Shown here: piece after piece, positions 49,077 through 61,106 of the stretch
Numbering within the stretch: the stretch's first letter is position 1
Layout: every line of letters begins with the position of its first letter
Assembly (NCBI GenBank): GCA_022813965.1
Contig: JALDZS010000008.1
Coordinates: forward strand, 62,001-126,000
DNA length: 64,000 nucleotides
Source: Toensbergia leucococca
Lineage: Eukaryota
Direction of reading: 5' to 3'
Program-made: the position numbers and the translations under genes
The notes under the pieces: generated by a model
The model's database searches: none
The model's input: only the letters and a program-made list of their open reading frames with translations
Told to the model about the DNA's origin: nothing

Positions 49077-50724
49077 ATGGTCCGTTTTAAAGTAAGGACG
49101 GGCTGCATTACATGCAAGTAAGATTTTATTAACTACCTATATACTGCTTGACTGTCGGATATTCACAAGGTAGGTGAAAGCTTTGCGGAGCTAATTGCCT
49201 GTATTCTATCACAGAATACGCCATGTCAAATGCGATGAACAGAAGCCCAGTTGCTTTAGATGCCGGAGTACTGGTCGCAAGTGTGATGGTTATCTCTCAA
49301 TTGGGTCGGGGACCGTCTGCTCTACACCTGGTCCGCTCGCCCTGTCTGTGCAGAGCACCAATTTCCCTGGAAACGAAAGGGATCGCCGGTCTTTTGATTT
49401 TTTTCGCAACCGTACTACGCAGCACCTGTCCGGATACATCGAGACTCGATTCTGGGATCAAACGGTTCTTCAGGCTAGTCACTTTGAACCTGCTGTCAGA
49501 CATGCGGCAATCGCTTTAGGATCCCTCCACGAAAATATTCATCTATGGAAAAGGCCAGACCACTGCGCCAGTGTGACCGACGTTGACGGGAGCTTTTCTT
49601 TGCGGCACTATATCAATGCCATCATCTGTCTTCGCAAGCTGCTGCCTGCACCGGATTCACGTTCTATAGAGCTTACTCTGGTATGCTCCGCTATATGCAT
49701 TTGCTTTGAAGTCCTGCGAGGGAATGATCTCTCTGCGTATGCCCATCTAAAGAACGCATTGAAGATAATTTCAAGCGGTCAAGGCCAGAGGACTCGGCCA
49801 AGACTCGGCAATGAGATTTTCTCGCAAGCAACTGCCGCACCCTTTGACGATGGCCTTGTTCAGGTTTTTGTACGTCTTGACTTTCAGGCTTCACTGTTTT
49901 CCGGCATGCGACCACCCGCACTGAAGGCGACCACATCAATTGAAGCTACCGAGGGTGTTCCCTACATACCAATGAGATTTACTAGTCTAGACGAAGCAAG
50001 ATCCTATCTTTTTGCTGAGGTTATCCAATTGTACAATTTTTCTCGTCGAACAGCGGACCAATACAGATATCGACAGCCAGATACGATAGGCCTAGAAATA
50101 ATAGCAGAGTCTCATAAGCTCGATGAACGGCTCCAGAAATGGTTACAGTCCTTCGATAGCTTTATAGAACGTTCAAGTTTGACTATGAGCCGCAAAGAGC
50201 TAGAATGTGCCACGCTACTTCGGATTCACTACAAAGTTACTAAAATCCACCTTTTTAATTGTCTTTATACAGAGGAAACTGTTTACGATCGATCCGATGA
50301 CACCTTTCAAGACATTGTTGTTCTCTCCGAATCCCTTCTCACAACTGGTAGTCTATCAAAATCGCCGAGCTTTATATTTTCCCTTGACCTGGGTATCGTT
50401 CAGCCTCTTTACTATGCAGCAACCAAATGCCGTTATCCGCCAACTCGAGAAAGGGCCATTCTCCTTCTTCATTCCTTTCCCCGTCAAGAAGGCGTATGGG
50501 ATAGTGTCGTGGTGGCCAAGCTTGCAGAACGGGTCAAGTCGATCGAAGAGGAGACTCTAAGCAAGTCGATGTCCACAAACGAGCGCGTTCCCGAATTCCG
50601 GCGCATTCATAGTGTTGATACGAGTATTGACCGCGATCGACGTCGGACAGAAGTGACATATACTCAGCGTCTCAACGGTATGGATGGCGAGTGGGATGAG
50701 CGAATAGAATGGATTTATTGGTAA
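49077..50724 (+). CDS. Zn(II)2Cys6 transcription factor with a fungal-specific TF domain, 2 exons
   Basis: MVRFKVRTGCITCK/IRHVKCDEQKPSCFRCRSTGRKCDGY, EPAVRHAAIALGSLH and PRQEGVWDS. Intron at 49118-49214. Confidence 0.93.
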
Positions 50725-51249
50725 GGACTAAGTTCTCAGCTTCCACTGGTGGACTTTGATCACGTACCAATGTCAAAAGCTTGGACAAAATCGTTGATCA
50801 TTTCGACCTATCATTGACAATGTTGAAACAGTCTAAGGAGCATTGAAAGTCAGAACCATCAAGCTACGACATCGGAATGATGAGTTGGAGCACAGATTAT
50901 CGGTCGACCTCCCAGTGTCAAAGATTTGACAGCCATCTTGGAGGTTTATATAGTCATAAGTGAAGACCGCTGTGAGAGCCTCATTATACAATTCTATGTA
51001 TCCAAAGAACAGGGAGCGTGATCAAGAGATTCGTACCCGGAATATCATGGTCTAGATCGCCAGAGCTCTCCTAACAGTAATCTGAGTTAAGGCACACGAT
51101 GTGGAGATAGCGATGACCTGTGAGTCAAGCTGGAACAATGAAGGACACACTACTTGAGTAGGTTGCACTAGATTGCTATGGCGCGAAACAAATTCGATGC
51201 GGATTCCTGGATTTTGATCATCCGCAAGAGGCGTTGAGAACCTGCTGAA

Positions 51250-53193
51250 GAACTATTTGAGAGAAGCGTGCTGAACGCACGAGGCCCTACGCTAACAATC
51301 TTACCAAAACCATTCTGGTGGGACACGAAACCGTCCATGGCCCTTTAATCATACACTAAATTGGCCAGTCCAGACCAGCTGTTACGACTGCTTGAGAAAG
51401 TAGCTCCTTTGCTTTCTTAATCCATAGGGTACAGGCTCTCTTCCTTCACCACAAGAACAAGTTGGAAGACAGCGGCGGCCTTTGTAAGGTCTGTGTCTTG
51501 TGACTTCAAGCCGTTGGGGTAAAGCCACACACGGAAGGCGAGATCATCGCAGGCCAGAATCTTGTACTCTTCGGAAACGTTTTTGCCATTGCTGATCCAT
51601 TGATCAATGCCGACCCCTTGCCTAGCATCCAATGAAAATACAAGAGAAGAGTCAGGTTTGGTTGGACCTACGTAGGTACCTCCAAATGCATGAGCAGCGC
51701 TGTTCTTGCTTATTTCTTCGATGGTCAGGAGAAAGACTTAAACATCCATCTCAGCGAGAAAGTCTACTGCCGAAGCATGCCCTACGACCAGAACAGTGAA
51801 AGCAATATCGTGATCGGGTATGAGCACAGCGTGAAAGCCATACGAACCGACACCCCCAGTCTTCGTATAAAGATCCACCACTCTCCAGTCCGGGTCAGGG
51901 CTTCTGGTACACCGAATCTCACTCGGGGCTCCAATAGAAAGCTCGAGTGGCGCGGTGTGCGCAACTGGCTTAAGTCAGCGTCTGGTTTTTGAAGGGACCA
52001 GGAGTGTACCTCTCATGATCGCACGTGCTAAGGTAGAAAGATCTCTCGTAGAAGAGTACACCTTGCCAGCTCTGATGCATCAGTCAGCACACAGTGTTGC
52101 CCTTTTCCGCACTTTGCATCAACAGCATTCACGGTCCTTCTTCTCCAAGATCATGTGCCCACCCGTTGTCGCCGACAGGAATGACTCCCCAGGAATTATT
52201 GATTGTTTTTGTAAGGCTTGTCATATTCAGCGGACCTAGAATAGTCTCACCGACACCGAGTAATATTCCATAGCTTTGGTGGTCGGTTCTTTCAACGACG
52301 TATCCGAGGATTATGAAAGCCGCGTTCAAATACACAGGCGCTGTGAATGGAGCATAGACTGGGTGACGAGCCGCGAGGCCATTGAAAAGAGCTGTTTTGC
52401 GTCATTAGCTATCGACAATCACAATTTCTGCGTTGTGGGCTGTAAATTTGGACATTATCTAGAGCGCGGTGTTTCTGGTTCATTGCCACCGCGGGATGTT
52501 ATGTCTGTCGGATTCAATTCTACGAGGCCATACTCCGTCCAGGGAACGTTTGAAGCGGAAAGATCGGAAACGCCGACCTCTTCGATACGTTGTCAATCAA
52601 AACTGGATCTCTAATTAACCATACGAAGAGAGACTTACAATCTTTCTCAGTGTCTGCCTGGTGGCTAGCCAAAGCACCAACATTGATGTCATTCCACTGC
52701 ACGTCGTCGACATCATTTGGCATGGTCCCAATGTTCTCTATCTCTGCAATGGCGCCGAGTTCTAGGCTGAATACTGTGGCCAGGTCATCGAAGCTGACCT
52801 TTCCCGCGTGCAACACCAAGAATAATACGATCAGTAGCTGCGTTGAACTCCCAATCCTATACGCGGTATCGACGTTGACGTTTCGGGTGCCTTGGCGAGA
52901 TTTGTCTAGCCTTGATGCCGTATGATGGCACTTGTATACATTCTCGCTCTCATGAACGGAGAAGAGGCTTACAGAGAAGGAAAATATATTGGATTTGAAA
53001 GTGTTGGGTGTACTATTGAATGCATCTAAGCCTCTGTCTAACGCTTTGGCGAGTGCTGCAGTGCTTGAGTGTATGATCTCTTCTGTGCAGAGATTTTGCG
53101 GTGGTAGATATGCTAGTCCTAAAGGTACGCAGTCTCCGGCAGCTTGCGAACATACCACCATGGTAAAGAAACAAGAAGGAAATGAAAGAACAT
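51250..53193 (-). pseudogene. Secreted serine beta-lactamase / D-peptidase-like hydrolase pseudogene
   Basis: Signal peptide, then DCVPLG, YRIGSSTQ (SxxK lysine lost), GALASH, YLNAAFIILG, VYSSTRDL and LYTKTG. Frameshift near the start, TRR*LKP stop at 51975-77, and stops at ~51417 and beyond. Confidence 0.85.
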
Positions 53194-54124
53194 GTCAATT
53201 CCAGGTCTAAGACCCTATCAGTGTTGATGAGCGGAAGTATGAAAGTGAAATGTCAATCTGGGACTTTGGCTGAAACAAAGGGTTGAAAGCCTGGCATGTA
53301 CATACACGTTGGCTCAATGAACAGACTCATGGACAACATGCTGTGAGGACATTTCAGCCAAGACTACAAATACGAGGAGCAAGGAAGCAATTAGGCAACA
53401 AGATTGGAGTTTCTACAACGAAAACTATGAGCCCCAAGATATCTGCAGGAAGGCTAGAATCGGAGCGGAATCCAGGTGCTTGAACTCAATTTGTCTGCTT
53501 GCATCCAAAATTGGTGGCGGGCACGAGGCTGACTTTGGTAAGTTCAGTAACGTCGAAAGACGAATTGGAAGACGTTCATAACGCCAAAGATTGAGTTGCT
53601 CTTGCAAGGGCCACGTACTTTCACCAAAACTGGAGGAAATGCTATGGGGGCCACGTAAGAATGAAAGGTAGTCATCGGCAAAGTGTCGATTTCATTGGTC
53701 CGCTCGCGATTGCGGACACTAGCAAGGACTTGGCTCGGATCCTTCAACCCTAAACTCGAAACTGTCGTGACTGTCCCCTGCCGCCCCGTTTGATCTGACT
53801 GAGCTTCTGAGCTGCATCTAGAGAGCAAAACTCTAGTGGTAGCGAGTGGCACTAAAGCATGGGCAACTACCTAGGTAAGCTCGGTAAGGTACTGCTGTGC
53901 TTACGGAGTATTAATATCATGTTTGGACGGGATGCTAGATCGATGTGTTTCAGGCAGCAACCGAACATTAGCTCTGCTTTGCATTGTCACTTACAAGACG
54001 AGGAACATATATTTTGTCTGCTTCCCGATCATCGACGCTTTTGTACATTTCGAAGAGATTCAATCTTATTACGCAAACTCCAGGAATTCAAGACTGTGAC
54101 TCCCTCGAGTCAAGCACGCACACC

Positions 54125-55230
54125 ATGAGCAACTCTACCAACTCCACTGACAATAATTGGCAATACCTCTGTACCCTTCAAACATGTCCCCTGAGCGACG
54201 CTCAAATTGGCTACGTTCCCAGTCTGGCTGGCAACGCCTTTTACGTTGCCATCTTCGCTCTCCTACTCTTCGCTCAAATCTTCCTTGGCATCTTCTATCG
54301 CACATGGGGATTCCTAGTGGCAACTTTCATGGGCATAGTCCTCGAGGTTATCGGATATATCGCAAGGATACAGATGCATTTTAATCCATTTCTGCAGAAC
54401 CCCTTTCTCATGCAAGTCCCCGCAAGTTTGGTGGCCTGAATGAAGAAAGAATCGATATTGATACGAGTCTGCCACAGGTATCTCATCTGCCTCACCATTG
54501 GCCCGGCTTTTCTCAGTGCGGCAATCTACCTCTGCCTCGCTCGCATCGTTGTCGCCTATGGCGAGCACATTTCGCGCGTCAAGCCCAAGATTTACACCAT
54601 CACCTTTATGTCCTTTGATTTCCTTTCGCTTCTTCTGCAAGCAATCGGCGGTGCTATCGCGTCCACATCCAACACAAACAGCTCCCAGCAAACCGGAATC
54701 AACATCATGATTGCTGGGCTCTCCTTTCAGGTTGTCTCTCTCCTCGTTTTCATCAGCCTCTGTGCCGAGTTTGGCTGGCGCGTTCTACACCGCCAGAACG
54801 AATGGGATCGTACTCACGAGGACGTTTGGTCGGCGTCTCGGTTCAGACTTTTTCTTCACAGTATGGTCTTCTGCCTAGCACCTCGCATGCAGTACTTCAA
54901 GCTAATAAAGACTTACCTACAGCACTAAGCCTTGCAACCATATGCATCCTCATCCGCTCTATTTTTCGTGTGGCGGAACTCAGCGGAGGCTTCAACGGCA
55001 CGCTTGCCAACCAACAGGTTACCTTCATGATCCTGGAAGGCGCGATGATCATTATCGCATGCACTTGTATGACGCTAGTCCATCCTGGCTTTGCATTCCA
55101 AGGCTTGTGGGCTGCGACGAATTTTAAATTGGGTAAGGGTAAAAGGCAGCAGATGGGTCAGGTTGAGACAACGACACCAGAAACATTTGAGTCAGTACAG
55201 GTAAGGCAGGAGGTACCGAAGGTATCGTGA
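54125..55230 (+). CDS. RTA1: RTA1-like (Rta1/Rsb1 family) 7-TM lipid-translocating exporter, 3 exons
   Basis: CTLQTCP...[57 protein letters not shown] and HPG. Introns at 54412-54477 (GC-AG) and 54861-54922. Confidence 0.93.
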
Positions 55231-55943
55231 CGTTCATAGACCTATTTTGAAAGAGGCAGGTCGGGGATGTCTTGTTAGTCGCATAGAGCTTTTCTTGACA
55301 TATAGAATTGTGGTTGGAAGGATTGATATATCGGATGTGAAAGAGCTTCACGATGTTATTTTGGAAGCGACATATTGATATCCACGTGTGTTGCTGTTTA
55401 TAGATTGCTTGCTTATCTCGTAAAGATATGACATACTCCGTATATTCATCAGATTTCCCTCCTGGTATGGGTACTAAAGTCCATGAACATGAAATGAGGG
55501 CTGACAAAACACTTCTCAACCCTTTGATATCTCGCTTTCCATACCCTGCCGCCTTCCAAAATCCTAGGAAACACTATTCCCAGCAAAGTTGATAAGGATT
55601 GCGTATTCCCAAGACGAGCCTGGTGGGGTCAGGAGCGTGTATTGAACCAAAGACGTTCTCTATTGTTGGAAATTTTTCATTAACAAACTCAGTGCAATGA
55701 ACAGAGACTGTGAAAAAATCGAATGAGTGCGGATGTCAGACCAGATTATCGAGGCCAGAGTGACTTCATCATCGTCAAAGGAGGTTGAAAGAGTCCGCGT
55801 TTAAGTGATTTCAGCTGCGAGCCAATCAGGTTGTTTTCTCAGCGGCGCTTAGGACGGCGCTCGCACATCTCCTTTCGAGGGTTTCGACTCTATGAAGGTA
55901 GCAATACCGAACCGATTCCTTCATTCATTCCTGTCTGCCAATT

Positions 55944-56960
55944 ATGGCTCCTCCATCAATTCTTGTCGTTGGCTCTCTCAACACCGACCTCATCACAAGA
56001 ACGTCACGTCTCCCATTGCCAGGCGAGACGCTAACCTCTATCTCTTTTGACATCGGATCTGGAGGAAAAGGTGCCAACCAAGCTGTGGCCTGCGCACGTC
56101 TTTCCCGCAGCCAAGCCGACACTAGTCACGCTGATGTTGACGTTTATATGGTCGGTGCTATTGGGGATGACTTCTTTGGTCGCGAGCTCATCAAGGGACT
56201 GGAGGAAGATGGTGTGAACACAGATGGCGTGAGCGTCAAGCATGGAATCAAGACTGGCGTTTCGACCATCATTGTTGAGGAGCAGACTGGAGAAAACCGC
56301 ATTTTATTCTCCCCGAATGCAAATTATACCATTCAGCCTTCGGATTTTATTACCATACCGTCCCCACGCCCCGAACTTATTCTCCTGCAGCTCGAATTGC
56401 CCCTACCCACTGTACTTCAGGTTCTTGAGACTGCTACAGAGCACAATATCCCTGTGCTCCTAAACCCGGCCCCAGCTGTTTCTCTTCCACACGAAGCCTA
56501 CAGATCTATCACACACCTAATACTTAATGAGACTGAAGCTGTCGCTTTAGCCCGCGGTGATAGTAATGCACCCTCTCTGGATTCCAATGACAATATCTCG
56601 TTATCTCAAGGTGATAACATGGCTCTCTCGAACCACTTTCGCTCTTTGGGTGTCAAAACCGTTGTTATCACGCTCGGCGCTAAGGGTGTGTTCTTTTCGC
56701 CGCAAGCAGGAATATTCGAGACATTACCTGCAGAGAAAGTGGAACGCGTCGTTGATACGACAGCTGCTGGGGATACGTTTGTAGGGGCATATGCTGTGGA
56801 ATTGGCCAAGTACCTTACGCAAATGCATACTGTGGGTATCGAAAATAGGGCTGAAGCCTTTGATGTGAGTCGTGCAGTGAAGTTAGCCAACAGAGCTGCT
56901 GCAAAGACAGTGGAGAGGAGCGGGGCGCAGGCAGCTATTCCATGGAAAGATGAGATATGA
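55944..56960 (+). CDS. RBK1: Ribokinase (PfkB family)
   Basis: VVGSLNTD, GGKGANQAVACARL, LNPAP, LNETEA and DTTAAGDTF. Confidence 0.95.
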   Translation: MAPPSILVVGSLNTDLITRTSRLPLPGETLTSISFDIGSGGKGANQAVACARLSRSQADTSHADVDVYMVGAIGDDFFGRELIKGLEEDGVNTDGVSVKHGIKTGVSTIIVEEQTGENRILFSPNANYTIQPSDFITIPSPRPELILLQLELPLPTVLQVLETATEHNIPVLLNPAPAVSLPHEAYRSITHLILNETEAVALARGDSNAPSLDSNDNISLSQGDNMALSNHFRSLGVKTVVITLGAKGVFFSPQAGIFETLPAEKVERVVDTTAAGDTFVGAYAVELAKYLTQMHTVGIENRAEAFDVSRAVKLANRAAAKTVERSGAQAAIPWKDEI

Positions 56961-58183
56961 AGACTGGTGCAGTGATACCACTACTCGAAACAGATGTTCC
57001 GGACTCTGCTGCGGTTGAACGAAGCTTTGCTAGCTGGTACAAAGAATGACCTTCACACAGCAGAAGGCTGGGTGCAAATTACATGAATCTAAAGGTTCGT
57101 ATGGTTTTGTACAGGCGGAGAAAGAAATACTCATCGCCTACAGATATTTCCTAGTTGAGTACCGTGCAGATCATGTTGGTGTCTCCTTAGCTCGCTGTAA
57201 AGCATAGCACTCTGCAAAAGTCGAAAGGAATGCTTCTGACGATCCGAGCGTGCAACGGCTTTGTCTACTCCGCAAATCGAGCACCAGGGTTCGTGATGTT
57301 GGCCAAGTCTGGGTAGGGATATTTGTGTTTACTACTGAAATTCTACACGAGACGATCTAGAGGTACAGTAATGTTACAACATCAGCTCAAACGTCTCGAA
57401 GCGGAGAAGATTGCTATGGCGGCTATTGCTCGGATGTCTTGGTGGGATTCTGCAGTTTGAGTTGTATTGAAAGTTCTGCATTGATACTTCAATAAAGTCT
57501 CTGCAGCTCTTTATCGATGTTGGTGGGTCGGATTTGAAGAGGTCCGAGGCGGAAAGAATCAAAAGGCCGTTCTATTCTTACACAAGAAGAACTAAGCAGG
57601 TGGTGAGGTAGAATAGACAAATAGAACATTGAAAACTACGCATGTCTCGACGTGGCTTCATAGCCTTACTTGATATCTGGCATGATGGTTGCCAAGGCAG
57701 ATTTTTACGGCATGGGTGCGTCGAACAGCCCTCTCTCTTGGCCGAGCACTCATACTAATGGCAACGCTCTTGTCTACCTAGCTTCCGCAATTAGCCATTC
57801 ATGCTACAAGGCTCCTTCATTCGAAACTCTTGTTTACGGATTAACCAATTGAATAATCTTTTCGTTAATATTACTGGTGAAATGAAGACTGAGGTTGCAC
57901 TCTGTGCCAGCAAGCACACATGAGTTACATGTTTGTGTCAGTGATGATGAAAGCGCCGTGAATCTCAGCCTTCATTGTGTATCGGAACAGCAATTAACCG
58001 AGCTTCTTATCCGTGGAGCCGCTAGGCGTCATACCACCACTCAACTTTGCAGCAGAGGATTGTTCCATCAAGTCTTCAGACGCTCAACTCATGACTCTTG
58101 AGCTGTAATGTAGAGTTGCTGTAGAATAGAAATGTAAACTGTAAGGTGCAAATGCTGTCGAGCCGAAATGAGGCATTTACCAC

Positions 58184-58272
58184 ATTCCAGAAGCTGCTAG
58201 TCGCCCAAAGAAACTCATGGACGGCCATCGAAACACTAGAACCTTCGATGAAATTTCACCGCCCAATATAAA
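58184..58272 (+). promoter_or_regulatory. HSP70 promoter: heat-shock-element-like nGAAn pairs and TATA box
   Basis: aTTCc-aGAAg at 58184-93, aGAAc-cTTCg at 58238-47, tGAAa-tTTCa at 58249-58, and TATAAA at 58267-72. Confidence 0.7.
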
Positions 58273-58426
58273 TACGCACAGCCTGAAACGCACAACACAC
58301 TTTCCGACTTACGAACAACAAATTCCACATCTCTCTTGATACCCTCAGCTCTTTTCCTACACACTCCACAACCTTCCTTTCATTTTCCAACTTCTAACAA
58401 ATCTAAAATCACAACACAACATCATC

Positions 58427-60482
58427 ATGGGTCCAGGTAAGCTATGACTTGTGATCGTCCTCGACTTTCCTAGCGATACTGACCGTCATGGTAGCTATCG
58501 GTATTGATCTTGGTACCACATACTCATGTGTGGGTATCTTCCGCGATGACCGCATTGAAATCATCGCCAACGATCAGGGCAATCGTACCACGCCATCATT
58601 CGTTGCCTTTACCGACACTGAGCGTCTCATCGGCGACTCAGCCAAGAATCAAGTTGCCATGAATCCCAACAACACAGTTTTCGACGCCAAGCGTCTCATT
58701 GGCCGTAAATTCGCGGATGCTGAAGTCCAAGCCGATATGAAACATTTTCCTTTCCAGGTCGTTGACAAAGGTGGAAAGCCAGTCATCAATGTCGAGTTCA
58801 AGGGCGAGACCAAATCCTTCACACCAGAAGAGATCTCATCTATGGTGTTGACTAAGATGAGAGAGACTGCCGAGTCATACCTGGGTGGCACTGTCAACAA
58901 CGCCGTCGTTACAGTACCAGCGTACTTCAACGACTCGCAGCGCCAAGCTACCAAAGATGCGGGTCTCATTGCAGGTTTGAACGTCCTTCGAATCATCAAC
59001 GAGCCCACTGCCGCAGCTATAGCCTACGGTCTCGACAAAAAGGCCGAAGGCGAGCGAAATGTCCTCATTTTCGATCTTGGTGGAGGTACTTTCGATGTGT
59101 CCCTCTTGACTATTGAAGAGGGTATCTTCGAAGTCAAGTCGACTGCTGGAGATACTCATTTGGGTGGTGAGGACTTCGATAACCGATTGGTCAACCACTT
59201 CGTCAACGAGTTCAAGCGTAAGCACAAGAAGGATCTTTCCACCAATTCTCGTGCTCTACGTCGTCTCCGTACCGCGTGCGAGCGAGCCAAGCGTACTCTT
59301 TCGTCATCTGCGCAAACCTCGATTGAGATCGACTCTCTGTACGAGGGAATTGATTTTTATACCTCCATTACCCGTGCTCGTTTCGAAGAATTATGCCAGG
59401 ACCTCTTCCGTTCAACTATGGAGCCTGTCGAGCGTGTTCTCCGTGATGCTAAAATCGACAAATCCTCTGTTCACGAGATTGTCTTAGTCGGTGGCTCTAC
59501 ACGTATTCCCAAGATCCAGAAGCTCGTCTCGGACTTCTTCAACGGCAAGGAGCCGAACAAATCGATCAACCCCGACGAGGCTGTTGCCTACGGTGCCGCA
59601 GTCCAGGCTGCTATTCTTTCCGGAGATACGTCTTCGAAGTCGACCAACGAGATTCTACTCCTCGACGTCTCCCCATTGTCTATGGGTATTGAGACAGCTG
59701 GCGGTGTTATGACTGCTCTCATTAAGCGTAACACTACTATTCCAACGAAGAAATCCGAGGTTTTCTCGACTTTCTCAGACAATCAGCCAGGTGTACTGAT
59801 CCAGGTATTCGAGGGTGAACGTGCTCGTACAAAGGACAATAACTTGCTCGGGAAATTCGAGCTTACTGGCATTCCACCTGCACCTCGTGGTGTTCCTCAA
59901 ATCGAGGTCACTTTCGACGTCGACGCTAACGGTATCATGAATGTCTCCGCGCTTGAGAAGGGTACTGGTAAGATCAACAAGATCGTCATCACCAACGACA
60001 AAGGTCGTCTATCGAAGGAAGAAATTGAGCGTATGTTGTCTGAGGCCGAGAAGTACAAGGCAGAAGACGAGGCCGAGTCTGCACGTATTTCTGCAAAGAA
60101 CGCTCTTGAATCATACGCATATTCCCTGAAGAACACCCTATCCGACCCCAAAGTCGACGAGAAGCTTAGCGCTGGTGACAAGGAGAAGCTAAAGGCCGAG
60201 ATCGACAAGACTGTTGCTTGGCTCGATGACAATCAGACCGCGACCGTGGAAGAATACGAGGGACAACAGAAGACTCTCGAATCCGTCGCAAATCCCATCA
60301 TGGTTGCCATGTATGGTGGCGGCGAAGGTGGTGGTATGCCCGGTGGAATGGGAGGTATGCCAGGTGGAATGGGTGGAATGCCAGGAGGAATGGGCGGAAT
60401 GCCAGGCGGCGGTTTCCCTGGTGCTGGAGGTCCTGGTGGCGCTGGTGGCGACGATGGGCCAACTGTGGAAGAAGTTGACTAG
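58427..60482 (+). CDS. HSP70: Cytosolic Hsp70 (SSA type), 2 exons
   Basis: Exon 1 at 58427-58436, intron 58437-58494, giving [14 protein letters not shown]. Also contains [12 protein letters not shown] repeats and terminal GPTVEEVD. Confidence 0.98.
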
Positions 60483-61106
60483 GTGCCCCAGGTCGCCTAT
60501 CAGGATTCATTTTGTCACTGATGTCCCTGCATGCTAGCGGTTCCTTGTTTGCATGATCACTTATATTTAGACCTCGATCATGCGTGTTTATGTCTCATGT
60601 TGGCGCAAATCACGCACGCTGCTCAGTTGGTGCGCAGGTGGTCTCTTTAAATGAAGGTACGCTCTCATGAGGGAAAAGCTGGTGTCTGCAGTCTGGACTT
60701 AGCCTTGCTCGATAGAGAGTATTGAAAATAAAGAAGTTAATAACGAAATGCGTTCACAGTCGTGCACAGTGATTACTTTGAAACAGGAGTCTCGGGCATT
60801 TTTACATTCGCATCGAAATACGGAGCTTGCTGCTATTCGTATGTATGAAGTTGACGTTTTGCTGACTACCCAGAGCGTACCTCACACGTAGATCTGTAGT
60901 AGTCAGAACTGACTTCCATTTCTTTTCCTCTTTCCGTAAGCACAATAGCATATATTGTCATGGTTGCTGACTTTCTCACTCTCTTGAATCCGCTTCCACG
61001 CCTGTCAAGGAATTCAAGCTCAGACAAACGACACTTGTCGACCTCCACGGGAAAAAGACCCAGTCTTACCCGCTTCCACATTGGCCCAGTAAACACCCCC
61101 AACCTG

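Noticed and set aside
56950..56980. Stop-codon readthrough adding a PTS1 to ribokinase
   Set aside because: The context is TGA AGA rather than TGA CTA, and the extension (RLVQ) is not an SKL-like signal.
60328..60410. 12/21-bp tandem repeat in HSP70
   Set aside because: It encodes the ordinary GGMP repeats of cytosolic Hsp70.
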